Shown here: positions 28,788-39,210 of the stretch, one piece after another
How the letters are laid out: each line of letters begins with the position of its first letter
Numbering within the stretch: the first letter of the stretch is position 1
Origin: an uncultured Alphaproteobacteria bacterium
Lineage (GTDB): Bacteria; Pseudomonadota; Alphaproteobacteria; Rhizobiales; JACESI01
Reading direction: 5' to 3'
Length of the DNA stretch: 53,863 nt
Assembly: GCA_938034375.1 (NCBI GenBank)
Contig: CALHLB010000007.1
Coordinates: forward strand, 1 to 53,863
Program-made: the position numbers and the translations under genes
Notes under the pieces: model-generated
The model's input: the letters and a program-made list of their open reading frames with translations, nothing else
Told to the model about the DNA's origin: nothing
The model's database searches: none

Positions 28788-30266
28788 GTGTTTAATAAAT
28801 TTTCATCAGACGATAAAGCAAAACTTGATGCGCTTGATAAATCACAAGCTGTAATAGAATTTAATCTTGACGGCACAATTATTAATGCTAATAAAAATTT
28901 TCTAGATGCCATGGGTTATGAGAGAAATGAAATCGTTGGCAAACACCATGCAATGTTCGTTTCTGAGGACGAAAAGAACAGCCCAGCTTACAAACAATTC
29001 TGGGCTGATCTTAAAAAAGGTGACTTTAAAGTTGCCGAGTTCAAACGCATTAAAAAGAATGGGGATGAAATCTGGATTCAGGCTTCTTATAACCCGCTCT
29101 TTAATAAACTTGGAAAACTCTATAAAGTAGTGAAGTTTGCAACAGATATAACGCCAGTTAAACAAATGTTTTCTGATTATTGCGGGCAATTAACTGCCAT
29201 TAGCAAAGCAATGGCAGTTATAAGCTTTAATCTTGATGGCACCATTATTGACGCCAACGAAAATTTTACACAGACAGTCGGTTATGACCTTTCAGAAATT
29301 AAGGGTAAGCATCACAGCATCTTTGTAGAACCTTCATACGCAAAAACCAATGACTATAAAACCTTTTGGGAAAAACTGGCACGCGGCGATTATATCGCTG
29401 GAGATTTCCAACGTTTTGGCAAAAACGGTAAAGAAGTATGGATTCAAGCATCTTATAATCCAATTTTTGACGTTAACGGCAAACCCTTTAAAGTTGTCAA
29501 ATACGCATCAGATATAACCGAGATGATGACGGAACGTAAAAAACGGCGTGCCATTCAAACTGAAATTGATCATGAAATTCAAGGCCTCCAAGCAGCCATT
29601 ACGAAAACAAGCGATCAAGCCCATTCAGCAACCAACGCATCGCAACGCGCTTCACAAAATGTGCAGACAGTCGCATCAGGTGCAGAAGAATTATCTTCAT
29701 CAGTAAGCGAAATTTCAAATCAAGTGGAAACTGCTTTGAAAACATCGAGTGAGGCTGTAAAACAGGCTAACCATACAAATGGAATTATTTCTGGCCTTTC
29801 TGATGCCAGCCAAAAAATTGGTGAAGTTATTGAACTGATTAACTCAATCGCTGAAAAAACAAACCTCTTAGCCTTGAATGCAACAATTGAAGCCGCCCGC
29901 GCGGGCGATGCCGGTAAAGGCTTTGCTGTTGTGGCCTCTGAAGTGAAAAATCTAGCCACTCAAACATCAAAGGCAACAGAAGAAATCAGCTCTCAAATTG
30001 CTGCCGTCCAATCAACAACGGATCAGGCAGTTACAGCGTTAGGCGATATTTCCAATACGATTGTTAACATCAATGAAATTTCAACAGCCATTTCAACAGC
30101 AGTAGGAGAACAGTCTGCTGTGACCAATGAAATTGCAGCAAATATGACTGATGCGGCACAAGATGTTTCGGAAATCAACGCAAATATAACGGAAATAGCT
30201 TCCTCCGCAACATCAGCTTCAGATACAACTGAAAAAGTAGCGGCTTCATCAAGGTTGCTGGCTTAA
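28788..30266 (+). CDS. Soluble methyl-accepting chemotaxis protein with two N-terminal PAS domains
   Basis: Two repeats of the PAS pattern ([22 protein letters not shown]...GKHH / [22 protein letters not shown]...GKHH). MCP signalling hairpin [35 protein letters not shown]. No TM segment. GTG start with a GGGGGA RBS. Confidence 0.88.
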   Translation: MFNKFSSDDKAKLDALDKSQAVIEFNLDGTIINANKNFLDAMGYERNEIVGKHHAMFVSEDEKNSPAYKQFWADLKKGDFKVAEFKRIKKNGDEIWIQASYNPLFNKLGKLYKVVKFATDITPVKQMFSDYCGQLTAISKAMAVISFNLDGTIIDANENFTQTVGYDLSEIKGKHHSIFVEPSYAKTNDYKTFWEKLARGDYIAGDFQRFGKNGKEVWIQASYNPIFDVNGKPFKVVKYASDITEMMTERKKRRAIQTEIDHEIQGLQAAITKTSDQAHSATNASQRASQNVQTVASGAEELSSSVSEISNQVETALKTSSEAVKQANHTNGIISGLSDASQKIGEVIELINSIAEKTNLLALNATIEAARAGDAGKGFAVVASEVKNLATQTSKATEEISSQIAAVQSTTDQAVTALGDISNTIVNINEISTAISTAVGEQSAVTNEIAANMTDAAQDVSEINANITEIASSATSASDTTEKVAASSRLLA

Positions 30267-30279
30267 GTAAAACAATTGT

Positions 30280-30305
30280 GCGCGTAAAATATATGTTTTA
30301 CGCGC
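30280..30305. terminator. 10-bp perfect hairpin between the convergent MCP gene and phoB (GCGCGTAAAA-TATATG-TTTTACGCGC)
   Basis: Seen directly between stop codons at 30266 and 30313. It lacks a clean T tract, so its terminator function is inferred from position. Confidence 0.5.
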
Positions 30306-30312
30306 TAAAAAT

Positions 30313-31023
30313 TTATTTTGAAGCAAATTCCTTTGAAAATTTGTCATCAAACGCATAACCTGCACCACGAACGGTTCTTATTGGATCTTTCATCCGCGAT
30401 TTATTAATCGCCTTGCGTAACCGGCCAATATGAACGTCAACAGTACGTTCATCCACATAAACATCGCGTCCCCACACACCATCAAGCAGTTGTTCACGTG
30501 AAAAAACGCGACCAGGTCTGTGCATCAAGAATTCAAGTAAACGAAATTCCGTTGGCCCAAGATGAATTTCACGGCCACCGCGATAAATGCGGTGAATTTC
30601 ACGATCAAGCTCAATATCCCCTGATTTCAAAGTTGTCGCTACAACTTCCGGCTTGGCGCGGCGCAATATAGCCGCAACACGCGCCATTAATTCTGGCACA
30701 GAAAAAGGCTTAACAACATAATCATCTGCCCCCTCTTCAAAGCCACGTAAACGCTCTGTTTCCTCGCCTCTGGCCGTTAACATAATAATGGGAAGATTCT
30801 TGGTATTTTGCCGGCTTCTCAAGCGGCGACAAAGCTCGATACCCGATACACCAGGTAACATCCAATCCAATAAAAGAAGGTCTGGCACCGTTTCTTGTAA
30901 ATAGATTTCTGCCTCATCACCACGCCCAACAACATCAACATCGTAATTATTAGCTTCAAGATTATAACGTATAAGTAAACTTAAGGGTTCTTCATCTTCA
31001 ACCACAAGAACTTTAGGCGTCAT
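30313..31023 (-). CDS. phoB: Phosphate regulon response regulator PhoB
   Basis: Receiver domain (DLLLLDWMLPGVSG) plus OmpR/PhoB winged helix; last gene of the pst-phoU-phoB operon; overlaps the phoU stop by 4 nt. Confidence 0.92.
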   Translation of the reverse strand: MTPKVLVVEDEEPLSLLIRYNLEANNYDVDVVGRGDEAEIYLQETVPDLLLLDWMLPGVSGIELCRRLRSRQNTKNLPIIMLTARGEETERLRGFEEGADDYVVKPFSVPELMARVAAILRRAKPEVVATTLKSGDIELDREIHRIYRGGREIHLGPTEFRLLEFLMHRPGRVFSREQLLDGVWGRDVYVDERTVDVHIGRLRKAINKSRMKDPIRTVRGAGYAFDDKFSKEFASK

Positions 31024-31736
31024 TTACCCTCTCCGTTTTCATTGACACCTATTTCCTCATAAGCCGTTTTACGTGGGTCCATCATTGCTTGTCCGGTTAC
31101 CAGATAAATTACCGTTTCAGCAATATTTGTTGCATGATCCCCAATTCTTTCAATATTCTTTGCACAGAATAACAAATTCGTACAGAATGTAATAGTTCTT
31201 GGATCTTCCATCATATAGGTCAATAATTCACGAAAAACGGATGTATAAAATTCATCCAGCTGCTCATCCCGCGACCAGCACCGCATAGCCTGCTCTGAAT
31301 TGCGCGCTGCAAAAGCATCAAGGACATCTTGAAGCTGTGCCAAGCCTAAATCTGCCAGATGTTCAATCCCATGAACAACTTTCGAACTTGTATACTCACC
31401 ATTTAAATCAATTACCCGTCTGGCAATGTTTTTTGCCATATCACCAACGCGTTCAAGATCATTAGAAATACGAATACAAGACACGATAACTCGAAGATCA
31501 TCTGCCATGGGTTGCCTTTTGGCAATTGTTAAAATAGCCGCCTCATCAATTTCACGCTGCATGGTATCAACAGCCCGATCTTCGGCAATAATACGGCGTG
31601 CTGTCACCACATCCATGGAAGAAAGCGCTTTAATACTTTCAGAAACCATACGTTCAACTTTTCCACCCATTTCGGAAATTTGAGCCGTAAGCATTTTTAG
31701 TTCGGTATCATAAGCTGTTACAATATGATCGTTCAT
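31020..31736 (-). CDS. phoU: Phosphate signalling complex protein PhoU
   Basis: Two PhoU repeats carrying the conserved ERVGD/ERIGDHATNIAE motifs. Confidence 0.93.
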   Translation of the reverse strand: MNDHIVTAYDTELKMLTAQISEMGGKVERMVSESIKALSSMDVVTARRIIAEDRAVDTMQREIDEAAILTIAKRQPMADDLRVIVSCIRISNDLERVGDMAKNIARRVIDLNGEYTSSKVVHGIEHLADLGLAQLQDVLDAFAARNSEQAMRCWSRDEQLDEFYTSVFRELLTYMMEDPRTITFCTNLLFCAKNIERIGDHATNIAETVIYLVTGQAMMDPRKTAYEEIGVNENGEGK

Positions 31737-31804
31737 AAAAGGTCCTATATAACAAGAATACGTTGTTTATCGCTTTTAGAAGGCTTTAAGTCTAACCCAC
31801 ACAA

Positions 31805-32626
31805 TCAGCCAATTCGGCCTGTAATATAATCTTGCGTTCTTGGATCCACGGGACTTGTAAAAATATCATCCGTTAACCCTTCTTCTACAAGATTACCCAA
31901 ATGGAAAAAAGCAGTACGTTGTGAAACACGGGCAGCCTGTTGCATTGAATGCGTTACAATAACAATGGTATAATTCTGCCTCAATTCATCAATCAGCTCT
32001 TCCACTTTAGCCGTCGCAATTGGGTCAAGCGCTGAACAGGGTTCATCCATCAAAATCACTTCAGGACTAACCGCAATAGCACGTGCAATACAAAGCCGTT
32101 GTTGCTGGCCACCAGAAAGCCCTGTCCCAGGGGTATCAAGACGGTCCTTAACTTCTTCCCAAAGACCTGCTTTCTTCAAACTTGTTTCAACAATTTCTTC
32201 AAGCTCCGTTTTATTTTTAACGAAGCCATGAATACGAGGTCCATAAGCAACATTTTCAAAAATTGATTTTGGAAACGGGTTCGGCTTTTGAAAAACCATA
32301 CCAACACGAGCGCGCAACTCCACAACATCGATATCTTTGTCATAGATGTCTTTGCTTTCCATGGTTATATCACCCGTAACACGGCAAATATCAATCGTAT
32401 CATTCATACGGTTTAAGCATCTAAGAAACGTTGATTTACCGCATCCAGACGGGCCGATAAGCGCTGTAACCTGACGATCAAGAATATCAAGCTCAACATC
32501 AAAAAGAGCTTGTTTTTGACCATAAAATACACAAACATTTTTGCCACGCATCTTTGCCTTTAAACCTGCTTGATTAACTGTCATTGGCGCACTCTTCATA
32601 TCTTCATGATTCATCGTCATTTGCAT
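31805..32626 (-). CDS. pstB: Phosphate ABC transporter ATP-binding protein PstB
   Basis: Walker [10 protein letters not shown], signature LSGGQQQRL, Walker B ILMDEP, PstB-type C-terminus. The start codon choice among several Met codons is uncertain. Confidence 0.93.
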   Translation of the reverse strand: MQMTMNHEDMKSAPMTVNQAGLKAKMRGKNVCVFYGQKQALFDVELDILDRQVTALIGPSGCGKSTFLRCLNRMNDTIDICRVTGDITMESKDIYDKDIDVVELRARVGMVFQKPNPFPKSIFENVAYGPRIHGFVKNKTELEEIVETSLKKAGLWEEVKDRLDTPGTGLSGGQQQRLCIARAIAVSPEVILMDEPCSALDPIATAKVEELIDELRQNYTIVIVTHSMQQAARVSQRTAFFHLGNLVEEGLTDDIFTSPVDPRTQDYITGRIG

Positions 32627-32637
32627 TTTTATAACTC

Positions 32638-34467
32638 CTACCAGCGACGCTCAAAACGTTTACGCAGCACAACTGCAAGCGCGTTCATCGTTACGAGAAA
32701 TCCAAGAAGAACCAGAATAGCAGCAGATGTTTTCTGCTGAAATGCCGGTTCAGGAAAGTCTGCCCACATAAAAATCTGGACAGGCAAAACAGTGGATGGG
32801 TCAAAAATGCCCCCAGGAACATCCACAATAAAGGCCACCATACCAATCATCAAGAGAGGCGCCGTTTCACCCAAAGCTTGCGCCATACCAATAATTGTAC
32901 CCGTTAATATGCCAGGCATGGCAAGGGGTAAAACATGGTGGAAAACGGCCTGAAGAGGCGAGGCCCCAACCCCAAGTGCTGCCTCACGTATAGAAGGCGG
33001 AACAGACCGAAGAGCAGCCCTTGAAGCAATAATAATCGTTGGCAAGGTCATTAATGCAAGTACCATACCCCCAACCAAAGGCGCTGAACGTGGCAAGCCA
33101 AAAACATTAAGAAACATGGCAAGTCCCAAAAGACCAAACACAATGGAGGGAACCGCTGCCAAATTATTAATGTTAACCTCAATTAATTGGGTTAGGCGAT
33201 TTCTGGGTGCAAATTCTTCCAGATAAATTGCAGCAGAAACCCCTATTGGAAAGGAAAGAATTAAGGTAACCAGCATGGTGTAAAAAGACCCCATAACAGC
33301 ACCTAAAATACCGGCCTGCTCTGGTTCACGACTGGCACCAGATGCAAAAAAAACTGTATTGAATTTACGCTCAACAAACCCCTGTGTTTTTAAATGATCA
33401 AGCCAGGCAATCTCACGATCAGATAATTTGCGATTATCTTCAGGTGTTACCAGCATTTCCAATGTCCAGTCTGTGTTTTGAGCGCTATTTTGATTTTTTA
33501 AAGGTACAAGAACATCGCCCGATAAACGATTAGCATTAATGCTCGTAGCCTTCACGACACCACCATTAATCTTAACCAAAAAGCTTGAAATACGAGGGGC
33601 AAGAGACGCTTCACTATCGCTTTTATCAATCAAGACGTCAATTTTAGCAATCAACTCACGATTAGTTTCAATTTGTTCGTTAATCGTTTGAAGTCCCTTT
33701 TTATTTCTTTCAAGCTGGGTTTGAATAAAGGCCGAATTCTCAAGTTCCGATGACAGTCGGCCTTCAAGATCTGCAATTTGCAAAGTCAATCTTTTTTCAG
33801 AACGCTGGCTTGCACTAATTCTCGCAGTTAATGCAGCACGATCTTCAATAAGACGATCTTTTACAACAGCAAGAACGCCTATAAAATCATCTTTTGATGA
33901 AACAAGATCAATTGAGCCGTCCTTACCACTTGGTGTCAAAGTACCAGATATATCTAAATAATTGCGTTTTGTTATCTGGTTTTTCAAATGAAGATCACCA
34001 ACATCATCAAACTGAATGGGAATAGAAACCCTACCGCCGATTAAAGTTGGATCGGCTAAAACAGCTTCACGTAGTTGAATACCAGCATCAGAAGTTAAAA
34101 GGCCATTTCTAAGCCGTCTTTCACGCCGTCCATCGGCAAAAGGCAGAGTTTCTTTAAGTGACTTCTTAACAAGACCCCCAAAATCGGCCTGGCCAATCAC
34201 GTCTAAATCCCCAGTTTTTTCAGGGTCAATCGCTGCTTGATCAAGCGTTACTGGCAAAGAAATATAATTATAGGTGAAAGCCAGATAAGCATTGCCAACT
34301 ATTGTCCATAAAAGGATAATAAGAAAAAGAATAGCAACACCAACGGCGCCAAGCCCAAGAAATTTAAAGCCAACCTCATTGCGATAACGTTTTTTCAAAC
34401 GTCCCGTTGCAGCCAGCGATGTGTGCAGGTTAGAAGCCTGCGTGGAATTTACAGAATTATCAGTCAT
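32638..34467 (-). CDS. pstA: Phosphate ABC transporter permease PstA, long form with an enlarged first periplasmic loop
   Basis: C-terminal BPD-transporter core with the EAA-like loop ([22 protein letters not shown]). The ATG at 34467 overlaps the pstC stop (ATGACTGATAA). About 320 aa lie between TM1 and TM2. Confidence 0.88.
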   Translation of the reverse strand: MTDNSVNSTQASNLHTSLAATGRLKKRYRNEVGFKFLGLGAVGVAILFLIILLWTIVGNAYLAFTYNYISLPVTLDQAAIDPEKTGDLDVIGQADFGGLVKKSLKETLPFADGRRERRLRNGLLTSDAGIQLREAVLADPTLIGGRVSIPIQFDDVGDLHLKNQITKRNYLDISGTLTPSGKDGSIDLVSSKDDFIGVLAVVKDRLIEDRAALTARISASQRSEKRLTLQIADLEGRLSSELENSAFIQTQLERNKKGLQTINEQIETNRELIAKIDVLIDKSDSEASLAPRISSFLVKINGGVVKATSINANRLSGDVLVPLKNQNSAQNTDWTLEMLVTPEDNRKLSDREIAWLDHLKTQGFVERKFNTVFFASGASREPEQAGILGAVMGSFYTMLVTLILSFPIGVSAAIYLEEFAPRNRLTQLIEVNINNLAAVPSIVFGLLGLAMFLNVFGLPRSAPLVGGMVLALMTLPTIIIASRAALRSVPPSIREAALGVGASPLQAVFHHVLPLAMPGILTGTIIGMAQALGETAPLLMIGMVAFIVDVPGGIFDPSTVLPVQIFMWADFPEPAFQQKTSAAILVLLGFLVTMNALAVVLRKRFERRW

Positions 34468-35926
34468 ATTGCTCACGATATTTTTGAACAACGCGCAAGG
34501 CGAATATATTAAGGGCAAGGGTTACACAAAACAGCATTAAACCTAAGGCAAAAGCAGCCAGTGTCTTTGCTGAATCGAATTCCTGATCCCCAACAAGAAG
34601 TGTAACAATTTGCACAGTCACAGTTGTAACGGCATCAAGAGGGTTAATCGTTAAATTAGCAGCAAGACCTGCCGCCATCACGACAATCATTGTTTCCCCA
34701 ATTGCGCGGGAAATAGCCAAAATAAGCGCAGAAACAATGCCCGGCAGAGCTGCCGGTAAAACAACCCTTCGAATTGTTTCAGATTTGGTTGCACCAAGGC
34801 CTGCCGAACCATCTCTCAAAGATTGTGGTACAGCGTTAATCACATCATCGGAAAGGGATGATATGAAAGGAATAATCATAATGCTCATAACGACACCGGC
34901 AGCAAGCGCACTTTCAGACGATGCATGAATAGTAAATCCAAACATACTTTCAGTATGCAGACTTAGCCAATCAAAGAAATTACGAATAGCAGGGGCAACT
35001 GTTAAGGCGGCAAAAAAACCATATACGACCGTTGGAATACCGGCCAGAATTTCAAGCACAGGTTTTGCAAATGCCCGAACCCTGTAACTTGCATAATCAG
35101 AAAGATATATGGCCGACAGTAAACCAACAGGTGCCGCAACAGAAATAGCAATAAAAGTAATCAGAAGTGTGCCTGATAAAAGCGGTATGGCGCCAAAAAC
35201 CTCTCCATTACGTTGCGCGGCATCGGCAAGTTCTGAAGAAGAAGCCCCCGCAGCTTCATAAGCGCTTTGTGGCGACCAATGAAGCCCGAATAGAAAATCA
35301 AAAAGCGGTACCTTTTGAAAGAAAAGATACGATTCAAAAACAAGGGAAAGAACAATGCCAACCGTAGTTAAAATCGCAACAGCAGAGGCTGAAACCAAGG
35401 CAACCATTGTAACACGCTCAACCACATGCCGCGTCCTCTTTATTGCTGAAATCTGTCGATAAGCATGGTAGAAACCTGTAAAAATTAATATTACAACCAA
35501 ACCCCGCAAAAGCCAGTATGCCCTATCAAGTATTGAGTCAACATGCGCCCCCGCTGCTAGGCGAATATCTTCTTGACTACTGGAAATATCACCTTCAGCA
35601 ATCGCTCTGGCATCGCGCAAAAATGCTTCTGCCTGCGGCAATGACATACCAGTTATAACATCTGAAAAAGCATTAGAAACAGAATTATTGATATAGATTG
35701 GAAAGAAAATCGCCCAAAGTACCAATAAAAAAAGCGCTGGGAGAACCGACCAAAGCGCTAAATAAAAACCATGAAACCCTGGCAGGGAATGCAAATGTGA
35801 TGAACGGCCACCAACAACATTTAGCGCACGCGCCTTACCGATAAAATAACTGATAGCAAAAGCAACAATCAGCCAGAACAATGGTGCCTGTAACAATGCA
35901 CCCAATAAATTAACAAGATATGACAT
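34460..35926 (-). CDS. pstC: Phosphate ABC transporter permease PstC (long alphaproteobacterial form)
   Basis: BPD-transporter core (SLRDGSAGLGATKSETIRRVVLPAALPGI); position between pstS and pstA. Confidence 0.9.
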   Translation of the reverse strand: MSYLVNLLGALLQAPLFWLIVAFAISYFIGKARALNVVGGRSSHLHSLPGFHGFYLALWSVLPALFLLVLWAIFFPIYINNSVSNAFSDVITGMSLPQAEAFLRDARAIAEGDISSSQEDIRLAAGAHVDSILDRAYWLLRGLVVILIFTGFYHAYRQISAIKRTRHVVERVTMVALVSASAVAILTTVGIVLSLVFESYLFFQKVPLFDFLFGLHWSPQSAYEAAGASSSELADAAQRNGEVFGAIPLLSGTLLITFIAISVAAPVGLLSAIYLSDYASYRVRAFAKPVLEILAGIPTVVYGFFAALTVAPAIRNFFDWLSLHTESMFGFTIHASSESALAAGVVMSIMIIPFISSLSDDVINAVPQSLRDGSAGLGATKSETIRRVVLPAALPGIVSALILAISRAIGETMIVVMAAGLAANLTINPLDAVTTVTVQIVTLLVGDQEFDSAKTLAAFALGLMLFCVTLALNIFALRVVQKYREQYD

Positions 35927-36012
35927 AACCCAACAACAAATGTTATCTTGAAAGAGAAAAACCGCTGGCTACAAAAGCAGCCAACGGAATGAGATTAATA
36001 CTTACCACCGGC

Positions 36013-37038
36013 TTAAAGCGCAAGTGGTGTAAGATTTTTAGCAGATTCAGCGATAGCGTCACGATCAGCTTTTGGAAGAGGAATCAAACCTTTATCAGCA
36101 AGATACCCCTCATCACCCCAAGCAGCTTCATTTGTGAATTCTGCAACAAATTCTTCAATACCAGGAATAACGCCGACATGTTCTTTCTTTACATAAAAGA
36201 AAAGTGAACGAGAAATTGGGTATTCACCCGCAGCAATTTTTTCAAATTCAGGTGTTGAACCTTCAACAGTTGCACCTTTAAGCTTGTCTGCATTTTGGTC
36301 CAGGAAAGAAAAACCAAAAATACCAAGAGCAGCAGGATTTGCTTCAAGTTTTTGAACGATCAAATTATCATTTTCACCAGCTTCAATAAAAGCTCCATCT
36401 TCACGAATATTTTTTGCAATTGCCTTGAATGCTTTTTTGTCTTCTTTACGAAGAGCAGCAAGCGTATCAAATTTTTTGGCGCCACCACGCATCGCAATTT
36501 CTACGAATGCATCGCGTGTACCAGATGTCGGAGGAGGACCAAGAACCTCAATCTTTGTGTTTGGCAAAGAAGCGTCAATATCTGACCATTTCTTATATGG
36601 GTTTGGAACCATTTTACCATCAACAGGCACTTCAGCAGCAAGAGCCTGGAAAATTTGCTTACGAGTTAATGCAAAAACATCACCACTTTTAGCATTCGCA
36701 AGCACAATACCATCAAAGCCAACTTTAACTTCAACAGGCGTTACGCCGTTTTCGCCACATTTTTTGAATTCTTTTTCTTTAATGCGACGTGAAGCATTTG
36801 TGATGTCTGGCGTACCTTCGCCAACACCAGCACAAAAAAGCTTCATACCACCGCCTGAACCAGTTGATTCAACAACAGGCGTTGTAAATTTAGTTTTTTT
36901 ACCAAACTGCTCAGCAACAGCTGTTGAGAATGGAAAAACCGTTGAAGAACCAACGATAGAAATCTGATCGCGTGCCTGTGCAGCACCTGCAGCAAGTAGA
37001 GCAGAAAAGGCAACGCCTAAAATAGCTGTTTTTTTCAC
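36013..37038 (-). CDS. pstS: Periplasmic phosphate-binding protein PstS
   Basis: Signal peptide MKKTAILGVAFSALLAAGAAQA, then ISIVGSSTVFPF and TSGTRD phosphate-binding motifs. GTG start. Confidence 0.9.
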   Translation of the reverse strand: MKKTAILGVAFSALLAAGAAQARDQISIVGSSTVFPFSTAVAEQFGKKTKFTTPVVESTGSGGGMKLFCAGVGEGTPDITNASRRIKEKEFKKCGENGVTPVEVKVGFDGIVLANAKSGDVFALTRKQIFQALAAEVPVDGKMVPNPYKKWSDIDASLPNTKIEVLGPPPTSGTRDAFVEIAMRGGAKKFDTLAALRKEDKKAFKAIAKNIREDGAFIEAGENDNLIVQKLEANPAALGIFGFSFLDQNADKLKGATVEGSTPEFEKIAAGEYPISRSLFFYVKKEHVGVIPGIEEFVAEFTNEAAWGDEGYLADKGLIPLPKADRDAIAESAKNLTPLAL

Positions 37039-37195
37039 CTGAATATCTCCCTGGGAGTCAAAAATAAAAATGAACCGTGAAAGTGAAGGTAACGGAACAT
37101 CCCCTTAAAAAACTTTGAGCCACTCAAAAACTTAGAGCATACGCCTAAAGTTATTGAAACGTTAATCAAAGATGCCGCGACCATAAAACGCCAAC

Positions 37196-37235
37196 ACTTA
37201 CATTTTATGACAAAATAATTACAGTTTCATGACGC
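37196..37235 (-). promoter_or_regulatory. Pho box array (PhoB binding sites) upstream of pstS
   Basis: The minus strand reads GCGTCAT-GAAA-CTGTAAT-TATT-TTGTCAT-AAAA-TGTAAGT. These are 7-mers related to CTGTCAT at an exact 11-bp phase, 160-200 nt upstream of the pstS start. Confidence 0.7.
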
Positions 37236-37260
37236 ATTAAGTCATTGATATTAATATATT

Positions 37261-38619
37261 TTAATAATCAATTCCTGAAAAATAGACTCGGAAGGTTGTC
37301 CCTTCTTCCATAATACTTTCAATTTTCATGATTGCTCTGTGCCGCATGACAATGTGTTTTACAACAGCAAGGCCAAGGCCCGTACCCATCTTGCGCTTAC
37401 TTTCTTCTGCATCAACCCTGTAAAACCGCTCCGTTAAACGTGGTAAGTGTTCAACGGCAATACCCTTGCCGTAATCACGCACCTCAATACAAAGACATGT
37501 ATCACCTTTTACATTGAAATCAGCAGGCGCAATAACCCTGTTAAGAGAAATATCAACACGCTCACCGCCCACACCATATTTGCAAGCATTATCGACTAGA
37601 TTTTGAACAAGTTGAATTAACTCATCACGATCCCCTAAAATACAAGGTGCTTCAGTATCATATTTCGTCCCTTGAGAAGGAGAAAGATTACAAGAAAAAT
37701 CGAAAGAAAGATTGGCAGTCTTTGCTAAAGGGGTCATTGCATCGATAACATGTGTTAACACCTCTTTCAGATTTACTTTCTCTGTTGGCTCCACATGGCT
37801 TCGCATTTCAATGCGACTTAGAGAAAGTAGGTCATTAACAAGCCGCCCCATTCTTTGCGCCTGCTCCAACATAATATGTAAAAAACGTTCGCGGCTTTCC
37901 TCATCATTTTTGGCAGGCCCTAAAAGGGTTTCAATAAATCCTGTCAAGGAAGAGACAGGCGTTCTTAATTCATGGCTAACATTAGCAATAAAATCACTTC
38001 GTAATTCCTCAACCCTATATTGTTTTGTTTGATCGAGCATCACAACAAAAATAAAATCCGGCAAAACATTCCCCTTAGATTTACCAGGCATCGTAATAGG
38101 AGAAAAATGCGCTAGATAATGGCGTTCTGCCGGAAACCTTGCATGATAGGGGAAAGAAAAAGATTGACCTGTCTGCTTGATTTTTAACAATGCCTCTACA
38201 AAATCTGGGTCTCTAAACTTTAGGGTAAACGGGTCCCCTTGTGCAAGCGGTCCAAATGTATCGCGCATCTTCTGGTTTGTATGACGAACGATACCATCAC
38301 CATCCAGAACGACTGAAGGTTCAGGAATTGCATTAACGAATAATTTTACTTGCGTTGCAGGCCAGCGCGATCTTTTTACTTCGCTTTTTACTGGCATGGA
38401 TTCAGAAAAATGGATGGATTTACGCCCATTAAAAGCAATAACAATGCACATAATACCATATGATATCAACAAAATGGTCCGACCATCCGGCCAATGTTTT
38501 AAAAAAAACAAAAACAGGACAGCAAGCGCTATCAAAATCCAACGCGCCTCATAAAAACGCTGTAAAATAGTGGCTCGCCTTTGCGAAATATCAAAATGTT
38601 CCAGAGGTAAATCCGCCAT
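37261..38619 (-). CDS. phoR: Phosphate regulon sensor histidine kinase PhoR
   Basis: Two N-terminal TM helices, a PAS-like region, H-box FIANVSHELRTP, and N/G boxes (DNACKYG, GTGLGLAVVKH). Confidence 0.9.
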   Translation of the reverse strand: MADLPLEHFDISQRRATILQRFYEARWILIALAVLFLFFLKHWPDGRTILLISYGIMCIVIAFNGRKSIHFSESMPVKSEVKRSRWPATQVKLFVNAIPEPSVVLDGDGIVRHTNQKMRDTFGPLAQGDPFTLKFRDPDFVEALLKIKQTGQSFSFPYHARFPAERHYLAHFSPITMPGKSKGNVLPDFIFVVMLDQTKQYRVEELRSDFIANVSHELRTPVSSLTGFIETLLGPAKNDEESRERFLHIMLEQAQRMGRLVNDLLSLSRIEMRSHVEPTEKVNLKEVLTHVIDAMTPLAKTANLSFDFSCNLSPSQGTKYDTEAPCILGDRDELIQLVQNLVDNACKYGVGGERVDISLNRVIAPADFNVKGDTCLCIEVRDYGKGIAVEHLPRLTERFYRVDAEESKRKMGTGLGLAVVKHIVMRHRAIMKIESIMEEGTTFRVYFSGIDY

Positions 38620-38758
38620 GCCTTCAACTTCTACTTATTATAACCAACCATGAAATATGTTTGGTGACAAGCTTGACAACAGAAACACTAGAGAACACCA
38701 AAAAGATACAACTCTTACGTTACAAAATTATTTTATACAAATTGTGACAATTTTTTAC

Positions 38759-38861
38759 ATAGCCAAACTCATGTAAATTGATAATGAATCTTAGTTATAT
38801 TCTTTTGTTTTCGCTCAGCTTTTCTTTTAAATGATAGTCATTTTAAAAGGCTTGCGTTATA
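38759..38861 (-). repeat. Copy A of the ~105-bp hairpin-rich MITE/REP-like repeat (inverted orientation)
   Basis: Its reverse complement aligns along the whole length with copies B and C: TATAACGCAAGCCTTTTAAAATGACTATCATTTAAAAGAAAAGCTGAGCGAAAACAAAAGAATATAACTAAG...GAGTTTGGCTAT. Confidence 0.8.
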
Positions 38862-38886
38862 TTTAATTAATATCACCCAAAATCTT

Positions 38887-39030
38887 AAATAAAAAAGGCC
38901 GGCAAAGCCGACCTGAAATAATGCTCAATGGGCGTTGAACATTTCTACCATTTTAAAAGCGGTCTGGCCCACTATAATTGGGGGGCTGGGGGCTGAAAAG
39001 ACCAATCATTCATGAGCCAGACCGTCTTGG
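38887..39030 (-). ncRNA. Candidate trans-acting small RNA (three stem-loops, C-rich loops, intrinsic terminator)
   Basis: Minus-strand terminator AGGTCGGC-TTT-GCCGGCCT plus TTTTTTATTT at 38887..38914. Stem-loop GTTCAA-CGCCCA-TTGAGC. A 9-bp perfect long stem (38960..38968 with 39016..39024) encloses CAGCCCCCAGCCCCCC. There is no convincing ORF. The 5' end and promoter are not defined. Confidence 0.35.
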
Positions 39031-39210
39031 GTAGTTTTAATAAAATGACTTTCAATTTCGGCATATCGAGGGCTGAATTGTGTCAAAAAAAAGGTAATTT
39101 GAAGATTTATTTACCAAGTTTTCCTGCATATAATTTTTTGAACCTTTCTAAATTTTTTAAGGCTGTTAAACTGTTTTTAACCAGATTTCTTAAATTCATG
39201 AGGAAACGTT

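Noticed and set aside
36295-36967. Plus-strand ORFs of 87-180 aa
   Set aside because: They are antisense to pstS and look like shadow ORFs.
38620-38758. Possible Pho boxes upstream of phoR (TTGTCA-N3-TTGTCA and TTGTCAC..TTGTATA..TTGTAAC on the minus strand)
   Set aside because: The spacings are 9, 10 and 15 bp rather than the 11-bp phase required for PhoB dimers, so this is probably chance in AT-rich DNA.
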